This document shows positions 12,623-29,913 of a stretch of DNA of 64,000 nt, in pieces; within the stretch, counting starts at the first letter, position 1, and the number at the start of each line of letters is the position of its first letter. The stretch is from the NCBI RefSeq assembly GCF_030028105.1, contig NC_092396.1, forward strand, positions 31,437,474 through 31,501,473. The letters are read 5' to 3'. Below the pieces are notes generated by a model. The model was not told the DNA's origin, did not search any database, and worked only from the letters and a program-made list of their open reading frames with translations. Source of the stretch: Mobula birostris. Its lineage: Eukaryota. Made by a program: the position numbers and the translations under genes.

Positions 12623-14076
12623 CAAGAATGGTGAAGGAACAATAATGTACCTCAAAGGTAGAATAGTGTGCGGGTTGGAGGGCAACGTCCAAGTGACGGG
12701 ATTCCCGTCCTTTTGCCACCCTTGTCCTTCAGGCTACTGGAGGCCATGGGCTTGGAATGTGCTGTTTCGGAAGTCTTTGGGAGTTGCTGTAGTACATCCT
12801 GTAGAGGGTACCTACTGCTGCTACTGTAGAGGAGCCAGTGGCAAAGCAAGTGAACGGTTGTAGATGGGGTGCATCTCAAGTGGACTGCTGTGTCCTGCAT
12901 GGTGTTGAGCTTCCTAAGCATTAAAAACAAAGCCCAAGAAGAGTTTACGCATTCTTCTGCATTGTTGAAGTTGCACTCATTCAGATAAGTGGACAGTGTT
13001 CCAATACACTCCTTGAGTCTTGTAGATGGGGAGTACAAGCTTTGGGAAGTTAGAAAGTGAGATTCACGCCACACAGTTCCTAGCCTCTGGCCTATTCCCA
13101 TAGCCACATTGTGATTGTGGCTACTCCAGTTCAACTTCCTAACCCCCCTAACCCCCACCCCCCCCCCAGCTGTTTGATGATGGAGAAAACTTTTCTGTTT
13201 ACTATTCTGCTCAGATTTGACAGCAGCTTTGTTGAATGAAATTTGCAGATCATTTTAATCCTATATTTGCAATAGTATTAGATGGAGTGCAGAGTTTTAC
13301 ACACAAAGAAAAAGAAGTCTTGCATTTAGGTAACATCATCTTGGTCTGGGGATGTCTCAGTGCACAGAAAGTATCTTATGAACTGTGGTTACAGTCTTAA
13401 TATTTCTCAGCTGTTTCTTGGGATTGAGGATGATGTGCTTCCACTTCAGTTCTGTGTAAGATAATGAGACCAGCATGAGATGTGCAGGCTGCTTAATGGC
13501 TGGGCAGGAGATGGTAGCGGTGATGGGTAGTGTAGGAGGTGGTGTATTCCTACCCCTGCATCTTTCTGATCTTCTGAGTGTTCCCAGTGAAGATCCTTAG
13601 AATCATAGAAATCATTTATGAAATGGAAGGAGGTGGTTCAGACCTCTGCATACATGCTGATCAAAAATAAGCTCTTCAGCCTAATTCCACCTCCAAGCAC
13701 TGGATCTGTAGCTTTGTAGTTCCTGGTTTTCCAAGTACACATCCAATTACCATTAAGTGTGTACTTCTGTGTCTACCATTGCTTCCCACCCACCCCCTGG
13801 ATGAAATTTATTTTCAGTCACATAAATGCCTTTCAACTATTCTCCCTTTCATCCTTTTAAATTTGCCTCTCCAATTGTGGTGGTTGCCCCCATTTGGTTG
13901 TCATTTCAACCTATTTAGCCTCGTTTGATAAGAATCTCAGAGCATCCAGGGTTCATCATTCATTGGGATCAATCATGGTCCTGCTTTCCATAAATCAGGA
14001 AGGATGCTGCATTTTTCTTACTAAGAGTTGAGATCTTTGCAGAGACTTTGGGTAATCTGTTATTTCTGGTACTCCT

Positions 14077-14431
14077 TTTTCAATCTTTTTATTAGTATCG
14101 TAATGATAAAGATTAACAACATAAAAATCTTACAAAGTTATTGGGATTACATTGTTGTAATTGTCATATATAAATATAAACCCCATTAATACATGGATAT
14201 TAAACCTCCCAATCTTACAGGATACAAATATTATATATAGACAAATTAACATGAAAGGAGAAAAAAATATATATATCCCCCCCCAAAAAAAACTAATCTA
14301 ACAAGATAGACCAACTAAACTACAGAAAAAAAAGACATGGGCTGTTATGAAACATAAAAAAAAAAGAGCCATTAGTGTCATTGACTCTGTTCCCCTCAAC
14401 ATATACCAAAAAAGAAATAGAGTAGGTTTGG
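14077..14431 (-). mobile_element. 5'-truncated retroposon 3' end (L1/Tx1-like) with perfect 16-bp TSD
   Basis: TATTTCTGGTACTCCT at 14061-14076 and 14432-14447. The minus strand has AATAAA at 14088-14093 followed by a short A tail. Confidence 0.75.
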
Positions 14432-15847
14432 TATTTCTGGTACTCCTCTTGGAAATCTGTTGCCATGAGGGAGATCAGAGTACAGTACCTATTTTGAGCA
14501 TCTGGTGTTGCACAAGCCAGATGATAAAAACCTACTCATTCGAGCTGGCTGAGTGTAATCCAAGTCTCAAAGCTGGGAGAGGACAACTTGTTATTTCACT
14601 TATCCTGCTGGTGGATTTGGAGGATATTATTGGTGTGTCCAGTGCCAGCTCTTGATAGTACATGAGTCTGCAGATAAGAGGGAAGAGATCACTCCCCAGA
14701 AGATCATGAGTTTCAGCCTAGGCTGATAATCTTGATCTTTGAGCATTCTTTTCCTGGAACAGACGGTATCCCTGATGAAGTTCGAGAACTTGGCAGAGAA
14801 GTGCCTCTGACACAAATTTAGAAGGCCAAATACTGTGTAGGCACACTGGAGACAGAGGTAACTTTCATAATTAATGAAAACCTCTTACTGAGAGGTTGCT
14901 CCCAAGGTATGGAAGATAGTCCACGTTTGCTAGAGCTCTGGCTGGATCCTTATTGTAGAACAGGTGGTAGGGAAGCACCTTGCTTTGTGTATAGAGCATA
15001 GAACTGTATAGCATAGGAACAGGCCCTTCATCCCACAATGCTTAACTCCCCTCCACTACTACATGATCTTATCCATGTGTCTGTCTATATTCGTAAATGC
15101 TGTTATCATGTCTGCTTCCACCAATAGTTGTGGCATGCCATTTCAGGCACCCACTGCGCTCTCTTGTTTTAGAAGAATACTTGCTTTGCACGTCTCCTTT
15201 AAACCTTCCCCCTCTTGCCTTAAATGTATGCCCTCTAGTATTCAATATTTCTATCCAGGGAAAAATGATTCGTGTAACACCTATTGCTTTGTATGCTTCA
15301 ACTCTACTTGAAACATGGACTGAGAATACACATGTTCACGTGTATCATCTGCAGCTCACTGGCTGAAGCTGGAGTGATCTTAGTTCTGGAGTGGATGGAG
15401 GTAATGACGGTTGCGTGTTTATTTATTTAGAGATACCACGCAAAATAGGCCCCTCCGTCACCCAGCATTTAAGCTAACCATCGGACAATTTACAATTAAC
15501 CTACTAACCGGTAGGTCTTTAGACTGTGTGAGGAAACCAGAGCACCCGGAGAATGCACAACCTCCTTACAGAGGATGCCGGGATTCAACCTGAAATGTCG
15601 ACAATTGCCCTCTTCCCTCAGGTGCTGCTTGACCCGCTGAGATCTTGCACCACACCTGCTGTGCCTTTGACTCTAAACTGGTTTGGTGCATCACCATGTT
15701 CTAACATAATTTTCCAAAAAAGTACGGGCTGTGCAGGTGATGTTGATAAACATTAAAGAATGTCATGCATTATGTGTGATCCTACCTGTTCACTACTCAC
15801 TGAATGAACAGTAAGAATGAGCTCACCAGTGGCACGAGACTATCCAG

Positions 15848-18016
15848 GACCAGAAGACATAGGAGCAGAATTAGGCCATTTGGCCCATCAGGTCTGTTGC
15901 ACCATTCAATTATGGCTGATCATTTCTTTCCCCCTCCTCAGCCCCACTCCCTAGCCTTCTCCCTGTAACCTTTGATACCATGTCCAATCAAGAACCTATC
16001 AAGCTCTGCCTTAAATACACCCAATTATCTGGCCTCCACAGCTGCCTGTGGTAATAAATTCCACAATTTCACCACCCTCTGACTGAAGAAATTTCTCCAC
16101 ATTTTAAATGGATGTCCTTTCATACCGAGACTATGCCCTCTTGTCCTAGACTCTCCCACCATGGGAAGCATCCTTTCCACAACTATTCTGTCTCGGCCTT
16201 TCAACGTTCAAAAGGTTTCAATGAGATCCCATGGACTAAACTCCAACGAGTACAGAATCAGAGCTATCAAATGTTCCTCACATGATAACCCTTTCATTCC
16301 CAGAATCATTCTTGTGGCCTCTCCAATACCAGCACATCTTTTCTTAGATGAGGAGCCCAAAACTGTTCACAATACTCAAGGTGAGGCCTCACCAGTTCCT
16401 TATAAAGCCTCAGCATTACATCCCTGCTCTTGTATTCTAGACCTCTTGAAATGAATGCTAACATTGCATTTGCCTTCTTCATCACCAACTCTATCTGCAA
16501 GTTAACCTTTAGGGTGTTCTGCACATGGACTCCCAAGTCCCTTTGCATCTCAGATTTTTGGATTTTCTCCCCATTTAGAAAATAGTCTGCACATCTATTT
16601 CTACTACCAAAGTGCATGACCATGCATTTTCCAACTTGGTATTTCATTTGCCAATCTCCTAATCTGTCTAAGTCCTTCTGCAGCCTACCTGTTTCCTCAA
16701 TACTACCTGCCCCTCCACCAATCTTCGTATCATCTGCAAACTTGGCAACAAGGCCATCTATTGCATCATTGAAATCATTGATATACAGCATAAAAAGAAC
16801 CCCCACAGAACACCACTATAATCACTGGCAGCCAACCAGAAAAAGATCCTCTTATTCCCACTTGCTGCCTCCTACCAATCAGCCAATGCTCTAACAATGC
16901 CTGCAAATTACCTGTAATACCATGGGCTCTTAATGTGGCACCTCGTCAAAGGCCTTCTGAAAGTCCAAATATACAACATACACTGCATCCCCTTACTCTA
17001 TCCAACTTGTAATCACCTCAAAGAATTCCAACAGGTTCATCAGGCAAGATTTTCCCTTAAGGAAACCATGCTGATTTTGTCCTATCTTGTCCTGTGTCAC
17101 CAAGTACTCTATAACTTCATCATTAACAATTGACTGCAACATCTTCCCAACCACTGAGGTCAGGCGGACTGGTTTATAATTTCCTTTCTACTACTTTCCT
17201 CCTTTCTCAAAGAGTGGAGTGACATTTCCAAATATCCAGTCCTCTGTCACCATGCCAGAGTCCAAATGATTTATGAAAGAACACAATCTTTACCGTTACC
17301 TTTCAGAAATCTTGTGTGCAGTCTCCCTGGTCTAGGTGACTCATGTACCCTTAGGTCTTTCAGCTTTTTGAGCACCTTCTCCCTTGTAATAATAACTGCA
17401 CTCATTTCTCTTCCCTCATACCCTTCAACATCTGGCACACTGCTAGTGTCTTCCACAGATGCAGGCTATTCATTTAGTTTATCTGCCATCTCCTTGTTTC
17501 CGCCCCCCTCCCCCCACACTGATTATTTCTCTGGCCTCATTTTCTACTGGTCCTATATCCACCCTTAGCTCCCTTTTTTATTTTAACTTGAAAAAGCTTT
17601 TACCATCCACTCTGACATTGTGTGTCAGCTTGCTTTCATATTTTGTTTCCCTCCTAATGATTATTTTGGTTGCACTCTGTGAGGTTTTAAAAGCTTCCCA
17701 ATCCTCTGTCTTTTTACTAATTTTTGCTTTGTTGTATGCTCTTTCTTTTGCTTTTACATTAGCTTTGACTTTCCTTGCCATTTGAGTACTTCGTAATTTT
17801 TGGAATACATCTATCCTGCACCTTCCTCATTTTTCCCAGAAACTCACACCATTGCAGCTCTGCTGTCATCCCTGCCAGCATCTCCTTCCAATTTACTGGC
17901 CAACTCCCTTCCCATACCACTATAATTTCCTTTACTTCGCTGAAATACTGCTACATCAGACTGTACTTTCTCCCTATCAAATTTCAAGTTGAACCCAATC
18001 ATATTGTGATCACTGG
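15848..18016 (-). mobile_element. CR1-clade LINE, 5'-truncated and decayed ORF2 (copy 1)
   Basis: RT motifs LFMLYINDF, AKFADDTKIGG and LVRPHLEYCEQFWAPH in ORF 16306-16806; frameshifted. Confidence 0.9.
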
Positions 18017-19755
18017 ACGTGGGTGCACTGTTACCCTATAACTGACTGTGTGGATAAATATGTTGCTTTGACTACAACCAGATTTGAAGTATTGACAACA
18101 AATACTCAGCTGTGATCCACCAGGCTCCAAGCCCTAGATCTATGCTGATACATTGCTGAGCCTGGCAACTGTCACACCAAAGCTGAGTTGCTTAGGTCAG
18201 GGGACATCTGTTTTCAGAATGGTGGAAAGGCCTACACAGAACAGTTGATGTTACGGCAGTTATCCAGATAGGGTTTTTTGAAGATGTGCAAAATAGTAGA
18301 CGTAAGATGGGAAGGACAACATCTGGAAGGGAGTACAAAGGAAAGGATCACAGACATCTGGAAAGATTGCTGGGATGAAGGATATAGTAAGCCCTATTTT
18401 CTTCAGAATTAAACAAGTAATTAAAAGATATAAATGATATTAAAATGCTCCTTTTTAATATTAGAGCAAATGTTTGGTAAGTGCTCTGTCCTCATTGGGC
18501 TATAGGATGCTTGTACCAGGGGTTGGAACTTGCCATTTCACACCTCCATCATCAGCTTCAGACTTGCTCCGTAAGGCTGCAGAATAAAGTCTCTGCACCT
18601 CAGCTCTTTTTTTGTATTGTGTCACCTATGACCCTGGGGAAGCACTAAGCACCAGGATTTTTTTTTTCCCCAGGAAGAGCAGGAATGTTTTTGAAGATCT
18701 GCAGACCACTCTATATTTGGTAAATCACAGGCAGATTCTATGCCAGTGTTGACTGAGACCTGTCCTAAAATTTTACATTGAATGCGGATCTACCACCCTT
18801 TAGAGAATCACCCTCTGCTTCATAACTATTAGATCTATTGTCTCTGTCTTTTATTCACAAACATGAGTTCTCTTATTTATTGTCAATCTTTAACACAAAG
18901 TTTATTTTTACTGTCTTAAGGACTTCTGTAATCCAGTGGCTAGGTGAAACCCACACAGTGTGGCCATTATAAGCAACAACAGGGAAAGAGGGATAACTTT
19001 GATTTGAAAGAAAATAGGAAAACACTAGTCTGAAATACTAACGATTTAAGTGGAGAACACTTCCTTCAACAGAAATTTTATTTTCCAAATCAAAATTGAG
19101 GAAAAATCAATTTTTATTCATCAAAGATGTTAAAACCTGTGAAACAAAGACAGACTTGTCGAGCCAAATTGTATGTTAGCCATTGTAGAATGGGCTTGAA
19201 AGTGCAAATGGCCTGATACTGTCCCAGTAAGGGACTAAAGAAAGCAAATTATGAATCACTAAAGTCCATTTCCAATTGTAAATAATTCCAGTTACCACCT
19301 TACACATAAGAAATTCATGAATTCAGTCACAAATTGGAATATTGCCACTAAATATGGTATCTTGAGAATCACTTAATCTCATTCTTTGAGTCTATCCAGG
19401 AAGATGAGATTATATGCTGATTTCAAATATGAGTGCTGATAAGAGGCTACTGGTTAAGGAAATGTTTTATTTATGGCCTGATGTTAGCTGTTAATGATTA
19501 CTGAATTATGTTCTTTTGTTATTTTGTCTTGTGCTATTTTATGTGATCTATAATTAATTTAGAGAATGCTATTTGCACTAAAGAAATGACAGATGAACAA
19601 GTCACGGACAGCCATTTCTTGGCTCTAAGGTAGTGTGTGAAAACCAGAACATGAAAGAAACATTTCAAAAAAGTGGCGAGAAAGCATGGTATTTCTTAAC
19701 CAAAGGTCTTTGTCAGGACCCGTTGAATATTCAAGACTGTTCTTGATGGGAGGCA

Positions 19756-20058
<303 letters not shown>

Positions 20059-20704
20059 CTAAGATTCAAGATTGTTTAATGTCATTTCCAGTACACGACT
20101 GTAAAGGAGAATGAAATAATTGTTACGCTAGATCTGATGCAGCACAAAAAAACCAAGAAGATAAAGAACACAAGAAAAACAATCAATATAAATACATAAA
20201 TAGCTTACATGCATAGATTTGGGAGCTTTATGAAAAACTTGTGAATAACTTTGGAAACAGGGAGCCAATTGCATACAGCACATTCCATATAGCTGAGATA
20301 TTGATGGAATGTTAGTCATGGCAATGTTGGCTGAGGCACAAATATTGTCCAGAACTAAACAGAGCAGAACCTGCTCTTCACCATGTAATATTTTACCCCT
20401 AAATGTAAATCCATTCCATTTTACATGGAACATCTTATACCCACCAGAGAGGACAAGCTGAGATTCAGCTTAACAACTGAAAGACAGTGTTTCGATCCCT
20501 AAATCCAGCTCTAAATGGCAGGGTGGATTATTACTTATGGCTCTAGAGTGGGGTCTAATGCAGAGGTAACGGTGCTGCTGGCCGATTCATGATGAAACTT
20601 CTCAGAGTTTGCCCCTCGGTGGCCGAATTAAGTCCCTGACCTTTTTCTCAACCACATCACAATGGTAGCACCACTGTGAAGTAGTTAAATATAGCTGCCT
20701 TTCA

Positions 20705-21052
<348 letters not shown>

Positions 21053-21698
21053 CTACTTTAAATATTGACTGAATTGTAATTTGTGTAAAATTGAGTGTGC
21101 CAGTTTTCAAAGCTTTTAATTCTTATTATTCCCCTTCTGCCAGATGAATTCAACAGTCAAACACATACTGACACAAAGCAGATACAATTTTCAGAGATGC
21201 AAATTAAGTAACTTACTTGAGTTTTGAAGTCACTCATAACCCACTGAAGCAGGAGTTGAGCAAGCTGTGTAGATTTTGGCTTAAACCTCAGTGTTTTAAA
21301 TTCAATTCTCTCGAGTTGAAGGTAGTGGCTGCCATCATTGTCTATGAGCAGCTGGTGATAAGCTACTCCTTTGATCTGTTGTAGAGTCAGTGATACCCGG
21401 AGAATGCACAACCTCCTTACAGAGGATGCCGGGATTCAACCTGAAATGTCGACAATTGCCCTCTTCCCTCAGGTGCTGCTTGACCCGCTGAGATCTTGCA
21501 CCACACCTGCTGTGCCTTTGACTCTAAACTGGTTTGGTGCATCACCATGTTCTAACATAATTTTCCAAAAAAGTACGGGCTGTGCAGGTGATGTTGATAA
21601 ACATTAAAGAATGTCATGCATTATGTGTGATCCTACCTGTTCACTACTCACTGAATGAACAGTAAGAATGAGCTCACCAGTGGCATGAGACTATCCAG

Positions 21699-23867
21699 GA
21701 CCAGAAGACATAGGAGCAGAATTAGGCCATTTGGCCCATCAGGTCTGTTGCACCATTCAATTATGGCTGATCATTTCTTTCCCCCTCCTCAGCCCCACTC
21801 CCTAGCCTTCTCCCTGTAACCTTTGATACCATGTCCAATCAAGAACCTATCAAGCTCTGCCTTAAATACACCCAATTATCTGGCCTCCACAGCTGCCTGT
21901 GGTAATAAATTCCACAATTTCACCACCCTCTGACTGAAGAAATTTCTCCACATTTTAAATGGATGTCCTTTCATACCGAGACTATGCCCTCTTGTCCTAG
22001 ACTCTCCCACCATGGGAAGCATCCTTTCCACAACTATTCTGTCTCGGCCTTTCAACGTTCAAAAGGTTTCAATGAGATCCCATGGACTAAACTCCAACGA
22101 GTACAGAATCAGAGCTATCAAATGTTCCTCACATGATAACCCTTTCATTCCCAGAATCATTCTTGTGGCCTCTCCAATACCAGCACATCTTTTCTTAGAT
22201 GAGGAGCCCAAAACTGTTCACAATACTCAAGGTGAGGCCTCACCAGTTCCTTATAAAGCCTCAGCATTACATCCCTGCTCTTGTATTCTAGACCTCTTGA
22301 AATGAATGCTAACATTGCATTTGCCTTCTTCATCACCAACTCTATCTGCAAGTTAACCTTTAGGGTGTTCTGCACATGGACTCCCAAGTCCCTTTGCATC
22401 TCAGATTTTTGGATTTTCTCCCCATTTAGAAAATAGTCTGCACATCTATTTCTACTACCAAAGTGCATGACCATGCATTTTCCAACTTGGTATTTCATTT
22501 GCCAATCTCCTAATCTGTCTAAGTCCTTCTGCAGCCTACCTGTTTCCTCAATACTACCTGCCCCTCCACCAATCTTCGTATCATCTGCAAACTTGGCAAC
22601 AAGGCCATCTATTGCATCATTGAAATCATTGATATACAGCATAAAAAGAACCCCCACAGAACACCACTATAATCACTGGCAGCCAACCAGAAAAAGATCC
22701 TCTTATTCCCACTTGCTGCCTCCTACCAATCAGCCAATGCTCTAACAATGCCTGCAAATTACCTGTAATACCATGGGCTCTTAATGTGGCACCTCGTCAA
22801 AGGCCTTCTGAAAGTCCAAATATACAACATACACTGCATCCCCTTACTCTATCCAACTTGTAATCACCTCAAAGAATTCCAACAGGTTCATCAGGCAAGA
22901 TTTTCCCTTAAGGAAACCATGCTGATTTTGTCCTATCTTGTCCTGTGTCACCAAGTACTCTATAACTTCATCATTAACAATTGACTGCAACATCTTCCCA
23001 ACCACTGAGGTCAGGCGGACTGGTTTATAATTTCCTTTCTACTACTTTCCTCCTTTCTCAAAGAGTGGAGTGACATTTCCAAATATCCAGTCCTCTGTCA
23101 CCATGCCAGAGTCCAAATGATTTATGAAAGAACACAATCTTTACCGTTACCTTTCAGAAATCTTGTGTGCAGTCTCCCTGGTCTAGGTGACTCATGTACC
23201 CTTAGGTCTTTCAGCTTTTTGAGCACCTTCTCCCTTGTAATAATAACTGCACTCATTTCTCTTCCCTCATACCCTTCAACATCTGGCACACTGCTAGTGT
23301 CTTCCACAGATGCAGGCTATTCATTTAGTTTATCTGCCATCTCCTTGTTTCCGCCCCCCTCCCCCCACACTGATTATTTCTCTGGCCTCATTTTCTACTG
23401 GTCCTATATCCACCCTTAGCTCCCTTTTTTATTTTAACTTGAAAAAGCTTTTACCATCCACTCTGACATTGTGTGTCAGCTTGCTTTCATATTTTGTTTC
23501 CCTCCTAATGATTATTTTGGTTGCACTCTGTGAGGTTTTAAAAGCTTCCCAATCCTCTGTCTTTTTACTAATTTTTGCTTTGTTGTATGCTCTTTCTTTT
23601 GCTTTTACATTAGCTTTGACTTTCCTTGCCATTTGAGTACTTCGTAATTTTTGGAATACATCTATCCTGCACCTTCCTCATTTTTCCCAGAAACTCACAC
23701 CATTGCAGCTCTGCTGTCATCCCTGCCAGCATCTCCTTCCAATTTACTGGCCAACTCCCTTCCCATACCACTATAATTTCCTTTACTTCGCTGAAATACT
23801 GCTACATCAGACTGTACTTTCTCCCTATCAAATTTCAAGTTGAACCCAATCATATTGTGATCACTGG
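21699..23867 (-). mobile_element. CR1-clade LINE (copy 2, inside the tandem duplication)
   Basis: Same translated fragments as 15848-18016, offset +5851. Confidence 0.9.
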
Positions 23868-25606
23868 ACGTGGGTGCACTGTTACCCTATAACTGACTGT
23901 GTGGATAAATATGTTGCTTTGACTACAACCAGATTTGAAGTATTGACAACAAATACTCAGCTGTGATCCACCAGGCTCCAAGCCCTAGATCTATGCTGAT
24001 ACATTGCTGAGCCTGGCAACTGTCACACCAAAGCTGAGTTGCTTAGGTCAGGGGACATCTGTTTTCAGAATGGTGGAAAGGCCTACACAGAACAGTTGAT
24101 GTTACGGCAGTTATCCAGATAGGGTTTTTTGAAGATGTGCAAAATAGTAGACGTAAGATGGGAAGGACAACATCTGGAAGGGAGTACAAAGGAAAGGATC
24201 ACAGACATCTGGAAAGATTGCTGGGATGAAGGATATAGTAAGCCCTATTTTCTTCAGAATTAAACAAGTAATTAAAAGATATAAATGATATTAAAATGCT
24301 CCTTTTTAATATTAGAGCAAATGTTTGGTAAGTGCTCTGTCCTCATTGGGCTATAGGATGCTTGTACCAGGGGTTGGAACTTGCCATTTCACACCTCCAT
24401 CATCAGCTTCAGACTTGCTCCGTAAGGCTGCAGAATAAAGTCTCTGCACCTCAGCTCTTTTTTTGTATTGTGTCACCTATGACCCTGGGGAAGCACTAAG
24501 CACCAGGATTTTTTTTTCCCCCAGGAAGAGCAGGAATGTTTTTGAAGATCTGCAGACCACTCTATATTTGGTAAATCACAGGCAGATTCTATGCCAGTGT
24601 TGACTGAGACCTGTCCCAAAATTTTACATTGAATGCGGATCTACCACCCTTTAGAGAATCACCCTCTGCTTCATAACTATTAGATCTATTGTCTCTGTCT
24701 TTTATTCACAAGCATGAGTTCTCTTATTTATTGTCAATCTTTAACACAAAGTTTATTTTTACTGTCTTAAGGACTTCTGTAATCCAGTGGCTAGGTGAAA
24801 CCCACACAGTGTGGCCATTATAAGCAACAACAGGGAAAGAGGGATAACTTTGATTTGAAAGAAAATAGGAAAACACTAGTCTGAAATACTAACGATTTAA
24901 GTGGAGAACACTTCCTTCAACAGAAATTTTATTTTCCAAATCAAAATTGAGGAAAAATCAATTTTTATTCATCAAAGATGTTAAAACCTGTGAAACAAAG
25001 ACAGACTTGTCGAGCCAAATTGTATGTTAGCCATTGTAGAATGGGCTTGAAAGTGCAAATGGCCTGATACTGTCCCAGTAAGGGACTAAAGAAAGCAAAT
25101 TATGAATCACTAAAGTCCATTTCCAATTGTAAATAATTCCAGTTACCACCTTACACATAAGAAATTCATGAATTCAGTCACAAATTGGAATATTGCCACT
25201 AAATATGGTATCTTGAGAATCACTTAATCTCATTCTTTGAGTCTATCCAGGAAAATGAGATTATATGCTGATTTCAAATATGAGTGCTGATAAGAGGCTA
25301 CTGGTTAAGGAAATGTTTTATTTATGGCCTGATGTTAGCTGTTAATGATTACTGAATTATGTTCTTTTGTTATTTTGTCTTGTGCTATTTTATGTGATCT
25401 ATAATTAATTTAGAGAATGCTATTTGCACTAAAGAAATGACAGATGAACAAGTCACGGACAGCCATTTCTTGGCTCTAAGGTAGTGTGTGAAAACCAGAA
25501 CATGAAAGAAACATTTCAAAAAAGTGGCGAGAAAGCATGGTATTTCTTAACCAAAGGTCTTTGTCAGGACCCGTTGAATATTCAAGACTGTTCTTGATGG
25601 GAGGCA

Positions 25607-25909
<303 letters not shown>

Positions 25910-26555
25910 CTAAGATTCAAGATTGTTTAATGTCATTTCCAGTACACGACTGTAAAGGAGAATGAAATAATTGTTACGCTAGATCTGATGCAGCACAAAA
26001 AAACCAAGAAGATAAAGAACACAAGAAAAACAATCAATATAAATACATAAATAGCTTACATGCATAGATTTGGGAGCTTTATGAAAAACTTGTGAATAAC
26101 TTTGGAAACAGGGAGCCAATTGCATACAGCACATTCCATATAGCTGAGATATTGATGGAATGTTAGTCATGGCAATGTTGGCTGAGGCACAAATATTGTC
26201 CAGAACTAAACAGAGCAGAACCTGCTCTTCACCATGTAATATTTTACCCCTAAATGTAAATCCATTCCATTTTACATGGAACATCTTATACCCACCAGAG
26301 AGGACAAGCTGAGATTCAGCTTAACAACTGAAAGACAGTGTTTCGATCCCTAAATCCAGCTCTAAATGGCAGGGTGGATTATTACTTATGGCTCTAGAGT
26401 GGGGTCTAATGCAGAGGTAACGGTGCTGCTGGCCGATTCATGATGAAACTTCTCAGAGTTTGCCCCTCGGTGGCCGAATTAAGTCCCTGACCTTTTTCTC
26501 AACCACATCACAATGGTAGCACCACTGTGAAGTAGTTAAATATAGCTGCCTTTCA

Positions 26556-26903
<348 letters not shown>

Positions 26904-28125
26904 CTACTTTAAATATTGACTGAATTGTAATTTGTGTAAAATTGAGTGTGCCAGTTTTCAAAGCTTTTAATTCTTATTATTCCCCTTCTGCCAGATGAAT
27001 TCAACAGTCAAACACATACTGACACAAAGCAGATACAATTTTCAGAGATGCAAATTAAGTAACTTACTTGAGTTTTGAAGTCACTCATAACCCACTGAAG
27101 CAGGAGTTGAGCAAGCTGTGTAGATTTTGGCTTAAACCTCAGTGTTTTAAATTCAATTCTCTCGAGTTGAAGGTAGTGGCTGCCATCATTGTCTATGAGC
27201 AGCTGGTGATAAGCTACTCCTTTGATCTGTTGTAGAGTCAGTGATAAAGGTACTGCAAAGTTCCTTTAGAATGGGTCATTATCCAGTGAAAATGCAGCAA
27301 ATCAGGATAGCATCCACATTGAAAGGGGCTTTAAGATGGCCATGTTATGGTCAATGGACCAGACTTTCCCAAGTAATGAAAATTGCTGGGTGAATCTTTA
27401 TGTCACTGTTGCACTGTACATACACTGTAGCACAGATGGTGGAGGAAGTTAAACATTTAAGGTAAATTGATGTTTAACCCACTTTGACCACCAAACAGAA
27501 AGCATTTCACTCTTCAGATTTTAGGATCTGTTAAGAGCCGCAGGGTGCCTGACATCTCGACAATGATTGCAATCTAGAAAAGGATGCTCTTAAGTGGCCC
27601 ATTTCCTGTCATGTGATCAGAGCACAAGGCAACGACTGCAGGAAAAGCTAACAACCACACGAAAGTAGGTCTCTAAAACTGCCGCTGGAGATAAAGTTCA
27701 CAGCTTTTATGTAACCAGGGAGCAGGCTACATGCTCAATCAAATAATTCGGTTTGCAGCTACTTTTCAAAAGCAAGTAACAATGATGAATTTCAGATTCC
27801 AGGTGTCTAATACAACCACCATTGATGGAGAAGGAACACAAAATGCCTCTGACTCACATAGAAGACACTTAAGGAATGGAGGAAGCCGAGGGTGTGACCT
27901 GATAGAGGGATGTAAACTTACGAAAGGATGTTTTTCCCATATTAGGGGGTGGCTACGACAAGACAGAATGGGTTGAAGGTGCGAGATAGGAGGCTTTAAA
28001 GGGGATCTGAGGAGGAAATTTTTCACAAAGTCTAGAGCACACTGCCTGAAGAGGTGGTGGAGGCAGATACTCTCTGCATTTAACAAGCATCTATTTGAAT
28101 CACCAAGGCATAGAATACTATATTT

Positions 28126-28205
28126 CAGGGGTTCCCAACCTTTTTTATGCCATGGATCAATACCATTACGCAAGGGGTCTGTGGACCCTAGGCTGGGAAC
28201 TCCTG
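28126..28205. mobile_element. hAT MITE, same family as 10667-10745, inserted in a CR1 fragment
   Basis: CAGGGGTTCCCAACC...GGGAACTCCTG; flanks ctatattt/ctatagat. Confidence 0.78.
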
Positions 28206-29047
28206 CTATAGATGGATCTAATGTAGATAGGTACACAGGAAGCGTGGACACGATAGGCCTGTTTCTGTGCTCAATAACTCCCTGATATTTCTATATTTAT
28301 TTTGTTGTAGAAAGAGGCCATTCAAGCCATTGAATCTATGCTGGGTCACAGTGCAATCCCATTTGCCAACTATGTTTCTATGTAACCTATTCCCCCTGCA
28401 TTCCTGTACCTCATTTACACCCACCCCCTCCACCCCGAGATCAGTGGTATGCCTTTAGGATGTGGGGTGAAATTGGAATACTGGTGGGAAACTCACATGA
28501 TTACAGGGATAATACGCAAACTCCACACAAACAAAACCAGAGGTCAGGATTTAACCCAGGTCACTGGAGTTGTGAGGCAGTTCTACGATCTATACCACCG
28601 TGCCACTCCTATCCTGATTCTATTCTGGTCATAGACAGCCTGAGAACCCAACCTATTCTTTGCCCTGAACCCAGTATTTGTGGAACTTGCGCTGAAATCA
28701 GGAAGGTTCCTAGTTCGAAATTCAAAGCCATATTTAATCGCAATGATCTAAATTCCACTCTGCAAGGTACGCAGGCTGAATTTTCTTCACAGGTGGACAA
28801 AGGAATTGTAAGTAAACAGGAACTTCCAAAGCAGAAGCAGCTACGTTAGCAGATCTCAGTGACATTCTCTCAATTTGGAGGTTTGCAAAGCTGGAAAGGA
28901 GCTTTGACAACCACAAACTGTCAACCAGATCAGCTATCTGTGTTTTTCAGAGCAAATCTGTGGCCATGGAAAACTAGGGTGAGTCCAAAACAATGAGGAA
29001 GCAGTGCAAAGGTATTGCATAACTTTAAGGCTGCTTGTACCTTTCGA

Positions 29048-29913
<866 letters not shown>

